Source: Chloroflexota bacterium | GTDB lineage: Bacteria; Chloroflexota; Dehalococcoidia; SM23-28-2; RBG-16-64-32 | Direction of reading: 5' to 3' | Length of the DNA stretch: 64,000 nt | Assembly (NCBI GenBank): GCA_037441345.1 | Contig: JBBISJ010000004.1 | Span: 49,892 to 113,891, forward strand | In this document: positions 8,529 through 18,726 of the stretch, piece after piece | Layout of the letters: each line of letters begins with the position of its first letter | Position numbering within the stretch: position 1 is the first letter of the stretch | The notes under the pieces: model-generated | What the model saw: only the letters and a program-made list of their open reading frames with translations | The model's database searches: none | Told to the model about the DNA's origin: nothing | Program-made: the position numbers and the translations under genes

Positions 8529-10904
8529 TCAGATCTCCAGCGTTTCGACATACTGACGGATGCGCTCCGGCTCCTGTTTGAAGAGCGGGCGCAGCCGCTG
8601 GCGCACGTACTCGCGGTCGAAACGCATGCGGCTTCCGGCCAGCGCGGAGGCCGTTGCGGCGATCTCGCGGTATCGGCTCTCGCCGTAAAGGAGATACATC
8701 CGGTTGTACATGAATGCGAGGGTTTCGAGCCGACGAATGGGTGCGTAGGCGGTTGGGTCGAAGAAACCCTGTTCGCCGTGAGAGTAGTTGAACAGCCTCC
8801 AGTCGGTGACCTTACGGCGTCCCTGGACCCGTCTTCGCCTTCTGTAGTAGAACGGGAAGCTGACGGCAATATCCTTCAGTGCCAGCAGGCTTGCACCGCG
8901 GTGCGGCCCTCGGATGACGTTTCGGGCAAGGCCGAGGCACCGCCGGGCAGCGATCCGTAGCCACCGCCTTCCCTCGAAGTCTTTGATCACCGTCCGGACG
9001 AAGTTCCGCATGATCATCCGGTACTTGTAGCCGTAGTTGAGCTGCCTTGTCGACAGCGAGTGCGCGTGTTGCACCGTTGCGGTGGGACAGGTCAGGAACT
9101 TGTAGCCCAGCACCCCCGCGCGGAAGCACCAGTCCACGTCCTCGTAGTACATGAAGTACCGCTCGTCCAGCGGGCCTACCAGGCCGTCCCTCCACAACTC
9201 GCGCCGCATCAGGGTTGCCGCAAAACAGGCGCCGAACGTCTCTTCTACCCGGTCGTATTGCCCGATGTCGAGCTGTCCAATGCCCATGTTGTAGGCCTGC
9301 CCGAGAGGATCCACGAGGTTGCCGATTGCGTCGATGTAGCCTGCCGGCTCCTCCAGCATGATCTTGGGCGCAACGGCGGCGACATCTTCGCGGCCTTCGA
9401 TGAGCGCGCGCATCTCTTCAACCGCGTTCAGCGCAAGGGCGGCGTCGTTGTTCACGAGCAGGACATATTCGCTCGTGACGGCGGCCACTCCCCGGTTGAT
9501 GCCGCCCGCGAAACCGTAGTTCTTGTCCAGCTGCATGACATCGATCTCCGGGAACTCCGCCTTCGCCTGGGTCACGGCGTCCCGGTTATTCGGCGATCCA
9601 TTGTCCACGAGGATCGTCTTTGTCGGGTACGTCTGTGCGGCAAGCGATGCGATGCACTTCCGGAGGACCGGATACTCGGCGCCGTAGTTCAGGACCACCG
9701 CCGTCACGTCGTCCCGGGCAGACTCCCGGTCGGCGACTGCAGCGCTGGTCTGCGGCGAACCCGTGACAGGCGCTTCCACTCCTGCGCCCACCGTCACTCG
9801 CACGGGCGCGAATTCTTTGATCGTTTCCTCGTATGCGTCCGTAGCCTTCGCCCAGGTGAAGTTGCCCGCCCAGGCGCGTGCGGCTTCGCCCATCGCCCGC
9901 CTTTGCGTGGCGTCGTGGGCCAGCCGCTGCGCCTCCGCGATCAACTGGGCGACATCCCCGGCAAGGACGCCTGTCTCACCGTCGCGGACGACCTCCGGGT
10001 GCGCGCCTATCCGTAGCGCCACCGATGGCACCCCCTGGGCGGCAGCTTCGGCCAGCGGCAGATCGAAGCCCTCCCAGCGGCTGGCGGTCAGGTAGACGTC
10101 GGCGGCAGCGTGCAGAGATGCCATCTCCTCGTGCGGCACGTTCAACAGCGGGATCGCTCCTGTCGCACGGATTCGAGCCGCATCGGCGTCGCTGCCCGTA
10201 CCGGCCATGACGACCCGGATGCCCGGCTCACTTCGCTGCCAGGCCGAGGAGGCTGCCATCAGGTCCGCTGTGCCCTTGTACGGCTGGCCTTCGGGGTTGA
10301 GCCGGCCCACGTAGAGCATCATCACCTGGTCGTCGCCGATCCCGAGGCGTGCCCGCATCGCTCCCCGCTCAACCTGGGATGCCGGCGCGTAGTGATCGGC
10401 GCCGTTGTGGATCACCCGCGCCCGGTCACCCAGACGCCGTGGCAGCAGGGATCGGATGTATTCCGAGACGGTGATGATGCCTGCCGCTCGCGGGAAGTAT
10501 CGGTGCTGCTGCGTCCACTCAATGTACCGGAAGGCTGCGCGCTGCCGGAGCCGCATGCCCCGGGCGGAGGATACGCCGTGATCGACCACGACTGAGGGCG
10601 TCTGCAGCCGGGGTATCAGGCTGTAGAACGGGAACGACTCGATGAAGAGCAGGTCATGGTGGAAAGCGTCGATGTAACCGGCCCACCAGCGGGCAGCTGT
10701 CTGGTAACGTGTCGGCAGGCCGGATGCGCGCGTCGGGATCGTGCGCAGGCGGTAGTTGCCGGGGAGGGACTCGTCCGCCACGCTCGCGTACACGGTCACG
10801 TCATAGCCGCGGTCATTCAGACGCGAGGCCACCTGGTCGATCACCAGGTCCACGCCGAACCCGTGTAGCATCCGTTCACTCACAAAGGCGATGCTCCGAG
10901 TCAC
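8529..10904 (-). CDS. bifunctional glycosyltransferase: N-terminal GT4 (glycos_transf_1) fused to C-terminal GT2
   Basis: N-terminal half has the GT4 EGFDLPLAEAAAQGVPSV signature. C-terminal half has GT2 motifs (VVLNYG...ILVDNGS, DVDWCFRA). Confidence 0.8.
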   Translation of the reverse strand: MTRSIAFVSERMLHGFGVDLVIDQVASRLNDRGYDVTVYASVADESLPGNYRLRTIPTRASGLPTRYQTAARWWAGYIDAFHHDLLFIESFPFYSLIPRLQTPSVVVDHGVSSARGMRLRQRAAFRYIEWTQQHRYFPRAAGIITVSEYIRSLLPRRLGDRARVIHNGADHYAPASQVERGAMRARLGIGDDQVMMLYVGRLNPEGQPYKGTADLMAASSAWQRSEPGIRVVMAGTGSDADAARIRATGAIPLLNVPHEEMASLHAAADVYLTASRWEGFDLPLAEAAAQGVPSVALRIGAHPEVVRDGETGVLAGDVAQLIAEAQRLAHDATQRRAMGEAARAWAGNFTWAKATDAYEETIKEFAPVRVTVGAGVEAPVTGSPQTSAAVADRESARDDVTAVVLNYGAEYPVLRKCIASLAAQTYPTKTILVDNGSPNNRDAVTQAKAEFPEIDVMQLDKNYGFAGGINRGVAAVTSEYVLLVNNDAALALNAVEEMRALIEGREDVAAVAPKIMLEEPAGYIDAIGNLVDPLGQAYNMGIGQLDIGQYDRVEETFGACFAATLMRRELWRDGLVGPLDERYFMYYEDVDWCFRAGVLGYKFLTCPTATVQHAHSLSTRQLNYGYKYRMIMRNFVRTVIKDFEGRRWLRIAARRCLGLARNVIRGPHRGASLLALKDIAVSFPFYYRRRRRVQGRRKVTDWRLFNYSHGEQGFFDPTAYAPIRRLETLAFMYNRMYLLYGESRYREIAATASALAGSRMRFDREYVRQRLRPLFKQEPERIRQYVETLEI

Positions 10905-10907
10905 CGG

Positions 10908-12026
10908 CTACTTTCTCCGCAGAAGCCCCCGGATGGGGCTGCTGGCGAATCGCCCGAGCCGGTACGACATGGAGGACCGTAGCTCTTCAAGGTCCAGTCT
11001 CGCCCGCTCAATCTCGTATTGCTGCTCTGCTATCCTGGCATCCCTGTCCAGCACCGCCTTCTCGCGTTCAAGGATCGCAGCGCCAAGGTCCCGCGCCTCG
11101 TTCCTGGCCTCGAACAGCTGCTGCTCCGCGCGGAAGATCTGTTCGTGTAGGCCCGAAAGGTGGTCTCTCATTGCCTCTGCGTGGTTTTCGAGCGCCGTTA
11201 GCAGATGCTCCCAGGCCTCGTCACCGGATGCCGCCGCCGTCTGGCCCGCATCGTTCACGACTTGTGACCCGATGGTTGAGATCAGCGCCCCGTCGGCGCC
11301 GTCTCTGGAGATGACATATGCTCGCCGATAACAGTAGCCGTCAACATCGCGCTCGGAGAAGAGCAGGTTGTAGGTCCTGTCGAGCTCGCGCCGCACCTCG
11401 TCGGTGTCGGGCAATGCCGCCAGGTAATGCTGAAGTCCGTGCATGATCAGCCAGCGAGCGAGGTTGGCGGCCGGGATAACCGTGAAAGGGAACCCCCGCT
11501 CGGCCAGGGGCGTCTCGATCAACTCGCTCGCCGGGAGGCCCAGCTCCAGGTGCTCGTGCAGGAAGGGTTGCTGCCATCCGAGCGCCTTTCGTGTGAATAC
11601 GTCAACCCGGTGTTCAGCCTGCACTACCGCCTCCTCGTAGACGGGGCCGCTGAGGATAACGAACCGGCTGGTTACGCGCAGCAACTCGTCGATGAACGCG
11701 GGCCTGAAATCAGGCGGCACATGTTCCAGCGTGTCGTGCGCGGTCACAATGTCGAACGCGCCGTCGCGGAACGGCAGCGCGGCGCCCGAGGACCGGACGT
11801 ACTCGTCGAAGAGGAACTCCACGCTGGTCAGGGAGCCGGCCGGCGCCATGTCGGCCAGGACGATCCTGTCGTCCGGCAAGAGGTGCTTGAGTGGGCTGGA
11901 GTGGCCGCCGACGTCGAGGATGCAAAGGAGCGTGCCGCTCGGGCGCAGGAGACTGATGATTCGCCGGCTGAGGGCGTAACGCGAGTAGTGATCGAACGGC
12001 AGTAGCAGCAGTTCTGGACCGATCAT
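10908..12026 (-). CDS. SAM-dependent methyltransferase with C-terminal coiled-coil
   Basis: ILDVGGHSSP motif I and a Methyltransf fold. The C-terminal ~100 aa are heptad/charged coiled coil. Gene is 3 nt upstream of the GT4-GT2 gene. Confidence 0.75.
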   Translation of the reverse strand: MIGPELLLLPFDHYSRYALSRRIISLLRPSGTLLCILDVGGHSSPLKHLLPDDRIVLADMAPAGSLTSVEFLFDEYVRSSGAALPFRDGAFDIVTAHDTLEHVPPDFRPAFIDELLRVTSRFVILSGPVYEEAVVQAEHRVDVFTRKALGWQQPFLHEHLELGLPASELIETPLAERGFPFTVIPAANLARWLIMHGLQHYLAALPDTDEVRRELDRTYNLLFSERDVDGYCYRRAYVISRDGADGALISTIGSQVVNDAGQTAAASGDEAWEHLLTALENHAEAMRDHLSGLHEQIFRAEQQLFEARNEARDLGAAILEREKAVLDRDARIAEQQYEIERARLDLEELRSSMSYRLGRFASSPIRGLLRRK

Positions 12027-12213
12027 CGACGTACTGCCTGGAGCCTTGCTTCTGGCCAGTTGGGCCCAACCTCCGAATCATTCGACCGCGCGTTGCCGGA
12101 TGCGTGAATCGTATCAGTTGGGGGTTATCCGAACAACAAAAAGAGGTTGCCGGGCCGCCCTGTACGCGGTAACCTTTCGTCAAGCAGGTATCGCCCGCCT
12201 GCCACCTTCTTAT

Positions 12214-13119
12214 ATGGCCGCCGACCCCAGCGTTTCCATTGTCCTGCTGAACTGGAACGGCCTCTCTGAGACCCGCGAATGTCTCGAGAGCCTGCGTCAT
12301 ATCCACTACACCAACTTCCGCATCGTTCTTGTTGACAACGGGTCGAAGGAGGACGAGGCGTCAGTGCTTGAGTCCGAATTCGGTGACTTCATCGAGCTGA
12401 TCCGCCTGCCGGAGAACCACGGTTTCGCCGGCGGGGCGAACATCGGAATGCAGCGGGCGATTGAGTCGGGTCCGGACTACGTGCTCCTGCTGAACAACGA
12501 CACCGTTGTTGATCCTGAGTTCCTCACCGCCCTGATCAGAGCGGCACGCGAGATTCCTGACCTTGCGGCGGCCTGCCCGAAGACCTTTTTCTACGGCGAT
12601 CCCCGGCTTGTCTACTCCACCGGTGGTTCCGCCAGCCTCTGGCGGGGCGCGGCGCGCCAGATCGGGCGGGGCGACAAGGACCACGGTCAGTTCGATGAGA
12701 TCGCCCGGCGGGACTACGCAGACGGCGTCTGCATGCTCATCCCGGCGTCCGCCCTCAGGGCAGTAGGGATGCTGGACGAGCAGTACTTCGCTTACTGGGA
12801 AGAGACCGATTGGTGTATTCGCGCGCGGGAGAAGGGTCTGCACTGCTACTTCATCCCCCAGGCCCGCATCTGGCACAAGGCCTCCCGCTCGCGCGCGCCT
12901 GACTCACGCTTCCACTACCTCTACCGGCGCAACGCGCTGCTGTTTGTGCGCAAGCGCGGCAGCAGGCTGCAACTGGCGACGGCGCTTGCGATGCACATCC
13001 TGGTCTATGGCCCCGGCTACTTCCTGCGCCATCCCACCCGCATTGCCCGCGCTGCCGCGGAGGTGAAGGCCTTATTCTGGCACGCGCGCAACCAGCCGAA
13101 CGAAAGGCCGTTACTGTAA
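12214..13119 (+). CDS. GT2 glycosyltransferase (rhamnosyltransferase-like)
   Basis: SIVLLNWNG...VLVDNGS...DWCIRA motifs. ATG at 12214 chosen over the longer ORF. Confidence 0.8.
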   Translation: MAADPSVSIVLLNWNGLSETRECLESLRHIHYTNFRIVLVDNGSKEDEASVLESEFGDFIELIRLPENHGFAGGANIGMQRAIESGPDYVLLLNNDTVVDPEFLTALIRAAREIPDLAAACPKTFFYGDPRLVYSTGGSASLWRGAARQIGRGDKDHGQFDEIARRDYADGVCMLIPASALRAVGMLDEQYFAYWEETDWCIRAREKGLHCYFIPQARIWHKASRSRAPDSRFHYLYRRNALLFVRKRGSRLQLATALAMHILVYGPGYFLRHPTRIARAAAEVKALFWHARNQPNERPLL

Positions 13120-13121
13120 TC

Positions 13122-14261
13122 GTGCAGACCACGGCAACGACGACTCGCAAGATAGACGCACCCGCGTCCCGGGGCGGGGCGAATGGTGCGATCAAGGGCC
13201 TCGTCCTCAGCGGTGGCAAAGGCAGCCGGCTGCGACCCTTCACGTATACCAACGCAAAGCAACTGGTGCCCATCGCGAACAGACCTGTCCTGTTTTACAC
13301 AATCGAGCAGCTTGTCGAGAGTGGCATCACGGACATCGGCATCATCGTCGGTGACACGGCGGACCAGGTGAAAGCGGCCGTGGGCGACGGGAGCCAGTTC
13401 GGCGCGAAAGTGACCTTCATCCAGCAGGACGTTCCCGGCGGAATCGCCCATGCGGTTGCGACCGCCCGGCCGTTTCTCGGGGACTCCCGCTTCGTGCTCT
13501 ACCTCGGCGACAACTTCGTTATGGGTGGCATCAAGTCGTACGTCGAGAAGTTCAGCGGGTCGGATGGGGCATCGCAGATCCTCCTCCACCCCGTCGATAA
13601 CCCGCAGTCCTTCGGCATCGCCGAGCTCATCGACGGAAAAGTCACCCGGATCGTCGAGAAGCCGGAGCACCCGGCCAGCGACCTCGCCGTCATCGGCATC
13701 TACATGTTCGATCCGGCCGTCCACGACGTGATCAGCACGCTCAAACCGTCAGGACGCGGCGAACTGGAGATAACGGACGCCATCCAGGGCCTGATCGACC
13801 GCGGCCTCCCGGTCGACGCGGAAGTCATGGACCGCTACTGGATCGACACCGGCAAGATGGACGACATCCTGGACGCCAACCGCAGGGTGCTCGGCACAAT
13901 CCCGCACCGCTGTGACGGTGATGTCGACGAGAAGTCTCGCATCTACGAGCCTGTGCTCATCGAGAAGGGCGCCCGAGTCGTGAACAGCGTCCTGCGCGGC
14001 CCCATCATCATTGGCCGCGACGCGGAGATCGTCGACTCCTACATCGGTGAGAACACGTCCATCGACGCTCGTGTCGTCATCCGCGGCTGCCGCATCGAGG
14101 ACTCCCTGATCATGGAAGACAGCCGCATCGAGCATCTGCACTGGCCTGTTGTCAAGAGCATGATCGGCCGGTTCGTCGAACTCCAGGGCGGGCACAACGC
14201 CGGCGGCAGCTACAGCCTCACGCTCGGAGACCACAGCCGGATCGAGATGCCCGATGGTTAG
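13122..14261 (+). CDS. rmlA: glucose-1-phosphate thymidylyltransferase (long form with C-terminal LbH domain)
   Basis: GLVLSGGKGSRLRPFT nucleotide-binding motif; a left-handed beta-helix follows. Confidence 0.9.
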   Translation: MQTTATTTRKIDAPASRGGANGAIKGLVLSGGKGSRLRPFTYTNAKQLVPIANRPVLFYTIEQLVESGITDIGIIVGDTADQVKAAVGDGSQFGAKVTFIQQDVPGGIAHAVATARPFLGDSRFVLYLGDNFVMGGIKSYVEKFSGSDGASQILLHPVDNPQSFGIAELIDGKVTRIVEKPEHPASDLAVIGIYMFDPAVHDVISTLKPSGRGELEITDAIQGLIDRGLPVDAEVMDRYWIDTGKMDDILDANRRVLGTIPHRCDGDVDEKSRIYEPVLIEKGARVVNSVLRGPIIIGRDAEIVDSYIGENTSIDARVVIRGCRIEDSLIMEDSRIEHLHWPVVKSMIGRFVELQGGHNAGGSYSLTLGDHSRIEMPDG

Positions 14262-14273
14262 GGGAGCCGGCCT

Positions 14274-15317
14274 GTGAGCACATACCTGATCACCGGCGGC
14301 TGCGGGTTCATCGGCAGCAACTTCATCCTCCGCCTCTTGCGGGAGCACCCGGATGCGAAGGTGATCAACCTCGACAAACTCACCTACGCCGGCAATCCCG
14401 ACAACCTGCGGGAAATCGAGAGCGACGAAGGCTACCGCTTCGTCCAGGGCGACGTTTGCGACCCCGGGGTGACAGCCGAACTCGCCTCGCGCGCCGATTA
14501 CATTGTCCACTTCGCGGCGGAGAGCCACGTAGATCGCTCGTTAATGGAATCGGGCGATTTCATCCGCAGCGAGGTGCTGGGCACCGTGGTGATGCTGGAG
14601 GCGGCGCGGCAGAACCCCGGCCTCAAAAGATTCCTCCACATCTCGACGGACGAGGTGTACGGCGACGTCCCGGACGGCCAATTCTCCACCGAATCGGACC
14701 TGCTCCACCCCAGGAGCCCATACGCGGCGAGCAAAGCCGGTGCGGAGATGCAGGTGATCGCCTACGTCGAAACGTACGGCGTGCCGGTCGTTGTCGCCCG
14801 GCCAGCCAACAACGTCGGTCCCCGCCAGCACGTCGAGAAGTTCGTCCCCCTCTGCACCACCAACGCCCTCCAGGAGTTGCCGCTTCCCATCTACGGCGAC
14901 GGCAGGCAGCAGCGCGACTGGCTCTTCGTCGAGGACAACTGCGAGGCGCTGGACCTGCTGCTGCACCAGGGTGAGACCGGCGAGGTCTACAACATCGGCG
15001 CGAAGAACCATCGCTACAACATCGACGTCGCCGAAACCATCCTGGAGCTGGTGGGCCGGCCAAAGAGCCTCATCCGGTTCGTCGCCGACCGGGCCGGCCA
15101 TGACCGCCGGTACGGTGTGGACTACGACAAGGTGGCGAAGCTGGGATGGTCCCCGCGTCACGATTTCCGTAGCGGGATCGAGACCACCGTGCGCTGGTAC
15201 CAGGAGAACCGCTGGTGGTGGGAGAAGGTGCGCGGCGCGGACTTCCAGGACTACTACGAGAAGCAGTACGGTGAGAGGCTGGCTACGGCGCGGCCCTATC
15301 CAGGAGCGAGCAAATGA
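14274..15317 (+). CDS. rmlB: dTDP-glucose 4,6-dehydratase
   Basis: TGGCGFIGSN Rossmann motif and YAASKA catalytic motif; full-length SDR-extended. Confidence 0.92.
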   Translation: MSTYLITGGCGFIGSNFILRLLREHPDAKVINLDKLTYAGNPDNLREIESDEGYRFVQGDVCDPGVTAELASRADYIVHFAAESHVDRSLMESGDFIRSEVLGTVVMLEAARQNPGLKRFLHISTDEVYGDVPDGQFSTESDLLHPRSPYAASKAGAEMQVIAYVETYGVPVVVARPANNVGPRQHVEKFVPLCTTNALQELPLPIYGDGRQQRDWLFVEDNCEALDLLLHQGETGEVYNIGAKNHRYNIDVAETILELVGRPKSLIRFVADRAGHDRRYGVDYDKVAKLGWSPRHDFRSGIETTVRWYQENRWWWEKVRGADFQDYYEKQYGERLATARPYPGASK

Positions 15318-15769
15318 TCGACGGTGTGCAGATCAAGCAACTCAAGCCCCACGCTGACGAGCGCGGCTTCCTGATGGAGTTGCTGCGGGCAGACGACGAG
15401 ATCTTCACGAAGTTCGGCCAGTGCTACGTCTCGCTCAACTATCCCGGCGTCATCCGCGCCTGGCACTACCACTTCAAACAAGAGGATCACTTCGTCGTTG
15501 TGAAGGGCATGTGCAAGGTCGGCCTGTACGACATGCGCGAAACCTCTCCAACGAAAGGGCAGGCAGAGGCGTACTACCTGGGCGAACACAACCCGATCAT
15601 GGTGCGCATCCCGATCGGCGTCGCCCACGGCTACCGCACAGTTGGCACCGAGCCGTCCCTCCTGATCAACTTCCCGACGGAAACCTATAACCCCGCGGAA
15701 CCCGACGAGCACCGCCTCCCGTGGGACGATCCGAGCATACCGTTCAACTGGGACATCGAATTCAAGTAG
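15314..15769 (+). CDS. rmlC: dTDP-4-dehydrorhamnose 3,5-epimerase
   Basis: Cupin epimerase signature (RGFLMEL, GVIRAWHYH). ATGA overlap with rmlB. Confidence 0.9.
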   Translation: MIDGVQIKQLKPHADERGFLMELLRADDEIFTKFGQCYVSLNYPGVIRAWHYHFKQEDHFVVVKGMCKVGLYDMRETSPTKGQAEAYYLGEHNPIMVRIPIGVAHGYRTVGTEPSLLINFPTETYNPAEPDEHRLPWDDPSIPFNWDIEFK

Positions 15770-15801
15770 CGGCGCAGCGTGCTGCGCCTGAAGCGTGAAC
15801 G

Positions 15802-16662
15802 ATGCGAATACTGATAACCGGCGCAAACGGACAGCTCGGCCGGGCGCTCCAGGAAGCGCTCCCCGGCGATGTCGTGCTGCCGCTCTCCCACGATCAACTG
15901 GACATCACTGACCGCGGTGCCCTGGGGCAGGCGATCGCCGGGGCGCGTCCGGACGCCGTGATCCATGCTGCCGCCTGGACGGACACAGCCGCCTGCGAAC
16001 GCGATCCCGCCCGCGCGCAACTCGTGAACGGCGCCGCCGCCGGATACGTGGCCGAGGCGTGCCGGGTCAACGGCGCGGTTATGGTGCAGATCAGCAGCAA
16101 CGAGGTGTTTGACGGAGAGAAGGGCGCTCCTTACAACGAGGACGATCCCGTCAATCCGATCAACGAATACGGCCGCTCCAAGCTGGCGGGCGAGCGGGCC
16201 GTAGCCGCAGCGCTGCCCGAGCACCAGGTCGTCCGCACCAGCTGGCTCTACGGCCCCGGCCGCGTCAGCTTTCCGGAGAAGATCCTGGAGCGCGCCCGCG
16301 CCGACGGCCGCCTCCGCCTCGTCACCGACGAGATCGCGTCCCCCACCTGGACGGTGGACCTGGCGAAGGCGATTGGCACGCTCGTGAGGCGGCGAGAGTT
16401 CGGCATCTTCCACCTTGCAAACGCCGGAGAATGTTCCCGCAAGCAGTGGGCCGAGGAGGTCATCCGCCTCGCAGGCGTCGCCGTGCCCGTGGAGGAAACG
16501 ACCCAGGCGGCGTTCAACCTGCCGTACCGCAAACCCGTCGTCTCAACCCTCGCCAACAACCGCGCCGCCGCGCTCGGCGTTACGATGCGACCTTGGCGCG
16601 AGGCGCTCGCGGAGCATATGCGCGTCACGGGCGCGCTCGCCGAGGAGGCCACGCGGGCATGA
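15802..16662 (+). CDS. rmlD: dTDP-4-dehydrorhamnose reductase
   Basis: MRILITGANGQLG start, YGRSK catalytic motif; RmlD-like length. Confidence 0.9.
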   Translation: MRILITGANGQLGRALQEALPGDVVLPLSHDQLDITDRGALGQAIAGARPDAVIHAAAWTDTAACERDPARAQLVNGAAAGYVAEACRVNGAVMVQISSNEVFDGEKGAPYNEDDPVNPINEYGRSKLAGERAVAAALPEHQVVRTSWLYGPGRVSFPEKILERARADGRLRLVTDEIASPTWTVDLAKAIGTLVRRREFGIFHLANAGECSRKQWAEEVIRLAGVAVPVEETTQAAFNLPYRKPVVSTLANNRAAALGVTMRPWREALAEHMRVTGALAEEATRA

Positions 16663-17486
16663 AGCGCGACGATCGCGACCGTATGGATCTGTCGCCTGCC
16701 TCGTCGCCACCGGCCGGGGCCAGGGACACGGGCGCACCACGGCGGAAGAAATACGATACTTACCGGGAAATGCGCGAAGACCTGGAGCTGGCGCCACCCG
16801 GCGTTCGCCCGCAGGAACCTGACGAAGAGGAGACGGTGCCCGAAGAGTACCCCGATATACCCCGAGCGATCGAAACCGGGCCGACTTCACCCCTGAAACG
16901 GTGGATGGACGTCAGCCTGGCGGGACTGGCGCTCAGCGTGCTCTGGCCTGTGCTCGTACTCACCGCGATCGCCGTCAAAGCGGAATCGCCGGGACCCATC
17001 ATCATCCGCCAGCCCAGGGTGGGGCTCAAGGGAAGAGTCTTCAACTTCTACAAGTTCCGCACCATGCATCACAACCGCAAGAAAGATGACCTCCATGAGC
17101 GCTTGCCCACCGGCGATCTCACCAAGCGGCTCCTCAGCCCCCGCGGCCGCCCGCGCCACGCTACCAACATCGGCTGGGCGCTCCGCAAGACGACGGTGGA
17201 CGAACTGCCGCAACTGCTCAATGTCGTGAAGGGCGACATGAGCCTGGTCGGGCCGCGGCCTGACATCCCAGAGATCGTCGCCGCCTGGCCGCCCCAGTTC
17301 CGCCAGCGCCACAACGTCAAGCCCGGCATGACCGGCCTCGCCCAGGTCAACGGCCGCTCCGACCTCACCCACTATGAGAAGGTGAAGTACGACCTCGTGT
17401 ACGTCCGACGCCACCCGATTGCTCTCGACCTCAGAATCCTCATGAAGACGGTGAAGCTTGTCGCCAGCAAAAAGGGGGCGCGCTAG
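16659..17486 (+). CDS. small monotopic phosphoglycosyl transferase (bacterial sugar transferase, PglC/WbaP-C-terminal-like)
   Basis: KRWMDVSLAG TM anchor, then the PF02397 core (RPGITGLAQV-like GMTGLAQVNGR, DLSLVGPRP). ATG overlaps the rmlD stop. Confidence 0.85.
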   Translation: MKRDDRDRMDLSPASSPPAGARDTGAPRRKKYDTYREMREDLELAPPGVRPQEPDEEETVPEEYPDIPRAIETGPTSPLKRWMDVSLAGLALSVLWPVLVLTAIAVKAESPGPIIIRQPRVGLKGRVFNFYKFRTMHHNRKKDDLHERLPTGDLTKRLLSPRGRPRHATNIGWALRKTTVDELPQLLNVVKGDMSLVGPRPDIPEIVAAWPPQFRQRHNVKPGMTGLAQVNGRSDLTHYEKVKYDLVYVRRHPIALDLRILMKTVKLVASKKGAR

Positions 17487-17529
17487 CAGTCCGGTCAGGT
17501 CCGGAAGGGGAAGGCCGGCAGACGGACGC

Positions 17530-18726
17530 CGTTTGCGTATCCTCTACCTGGCATCCCTGTTCCCGTACCCCGCCGATAGCGGCGCGTCCATCAAGACACA
17601 TAGCCTCGTAGAGCACCTCCGCCACGGGCACGACCTGCGCCTCGTGACCTTCACGGACGCGCCGCTCGACCCCGGTCAGGAGAAGTGGGCCGTCGGTCTC
17701 GGCCTCCGCACGGTCCAGTTGTCACGGCCGCGCAGCGCCTGGCAACTGCTGCGGAGCTACCTGGCCCGCCTGCCCCTGAGCATCCACAGGAACAGCACCC
17801 CTCAGATGCGTGCCCTGGTTGAGGCGGAGGCCGCCGAGTTCAACCCTGACGTCGTGTTCGTGGACGGCTGGCTGATGGCGCAGTACGTGCCCCCGCAGGT
17901 CACCGCCCTGAAGGTGCTGCACGAGCACAACGCCGAATACCAGCTCTGGGAGCGCCAGGCGGCGCAGGAGACCGGCATCCGCGGGATCGCCGCCAGGCGG
18001 GAAGCCGGACGCGTCAGGCGCTACGAGGCGTCGGTCCTCCCCCGCTTCGACGCCGTATTCACCGTATCCCAGGAAGACCGGCGCGCCCTGCAGCAGATCG
18101 GCGGCGACCCCGGCCGAATTCGCGTCCTGCCCAACATCCCTTCTGAAGAACTTCTTGCCATGCCGTCGCCGTCGTTCGAAACGACCGAGCCGGTTGTCCT
18201 CTACTTCGGCACCCTCAGCTGGCATCCCAACATCGAAGGACTGGATCGCTACCTGACGTTCGGCCATAAGCAGATCATCAAGCGCGTTCCCGGCGCCTGC
18301 CTGGTCGTGGCCGGAAAGGGAGCCAGCCCGGAACTGGCGCGCCGCATCGAAGGCACTGCCAACACGGAGTTCGCCGGCGAAGTCGAAGACCCGGAGGAGC
18401 TGTACCGCCGCGCGCGCGTGGTCGTGGACGCCTCCCGGACCGGCGGCGGCACGAGGCTCAAGATCCTTAACGCCCTGGCCCGCGGTATCCCGGTCGTCGC
18501 CAGCAGCGAGGCCGCCCGCGGCCTGGACATCGTGGCGGGCGAGCACCTCATCGTGGCCCGCAACGAGCACATGCTCATCGACTCCGTCGCCAGTCTCCTC
18601 ACGGACCCGGCGCGCTGGCGCGTGCTGAGCGAGAACGGCCGCGCCCTGATCCGCGCCCGCTACGTGCCGGAAGTCGCCTTCCGCGCGCTGGACGAGGTCC
18701 TGGCGCGCGCGCCGCACAGGGACTGA
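17530..18726 (+). CDS. GT4 glycosyltransferase (glycos_transf_1)
   Basis: RILYLASLFP N-terminus and the E...G...P...E C-terminal GT4 signature. The start is uncertain: TTG 17530 is proposed, while the ORF opens with TTG at 17458. Confidence 0.7.
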   Translation, partial: RLRILYLASLFPYPADSGASIKTHSLVEHLRHGHDLRLVTFTDAPLDPGQEKWAVGLGLRTVQLSRPRSAWQLLRSYLARLPLSIHRNSTPQMRALVEAEAAEFNPDVVFVDGWLMAQYVPPQVTALKVLHEHNAEYQLWERQAAQETGIRGIAARREAGRVRRYEASVLPRFDAVFTVSQEDRRALQQIGGDPGRIRVLPNIPSEELLAMPSPSFETTEPVVLYFGTLSWHPNIEGLDRYLTFGHKQIIKRVPGACLVVAGKGASPELARRIEGTANTEFAGEVEDPEELYRRARVVVDASRTGGGTRLKILNALARGIPVVASSEAARGLDIVAGEHLIVARNEHMLIDSVASLLTDPARWRVLSENGRALIRARYVPEVAFRALDEVLARAPHRD

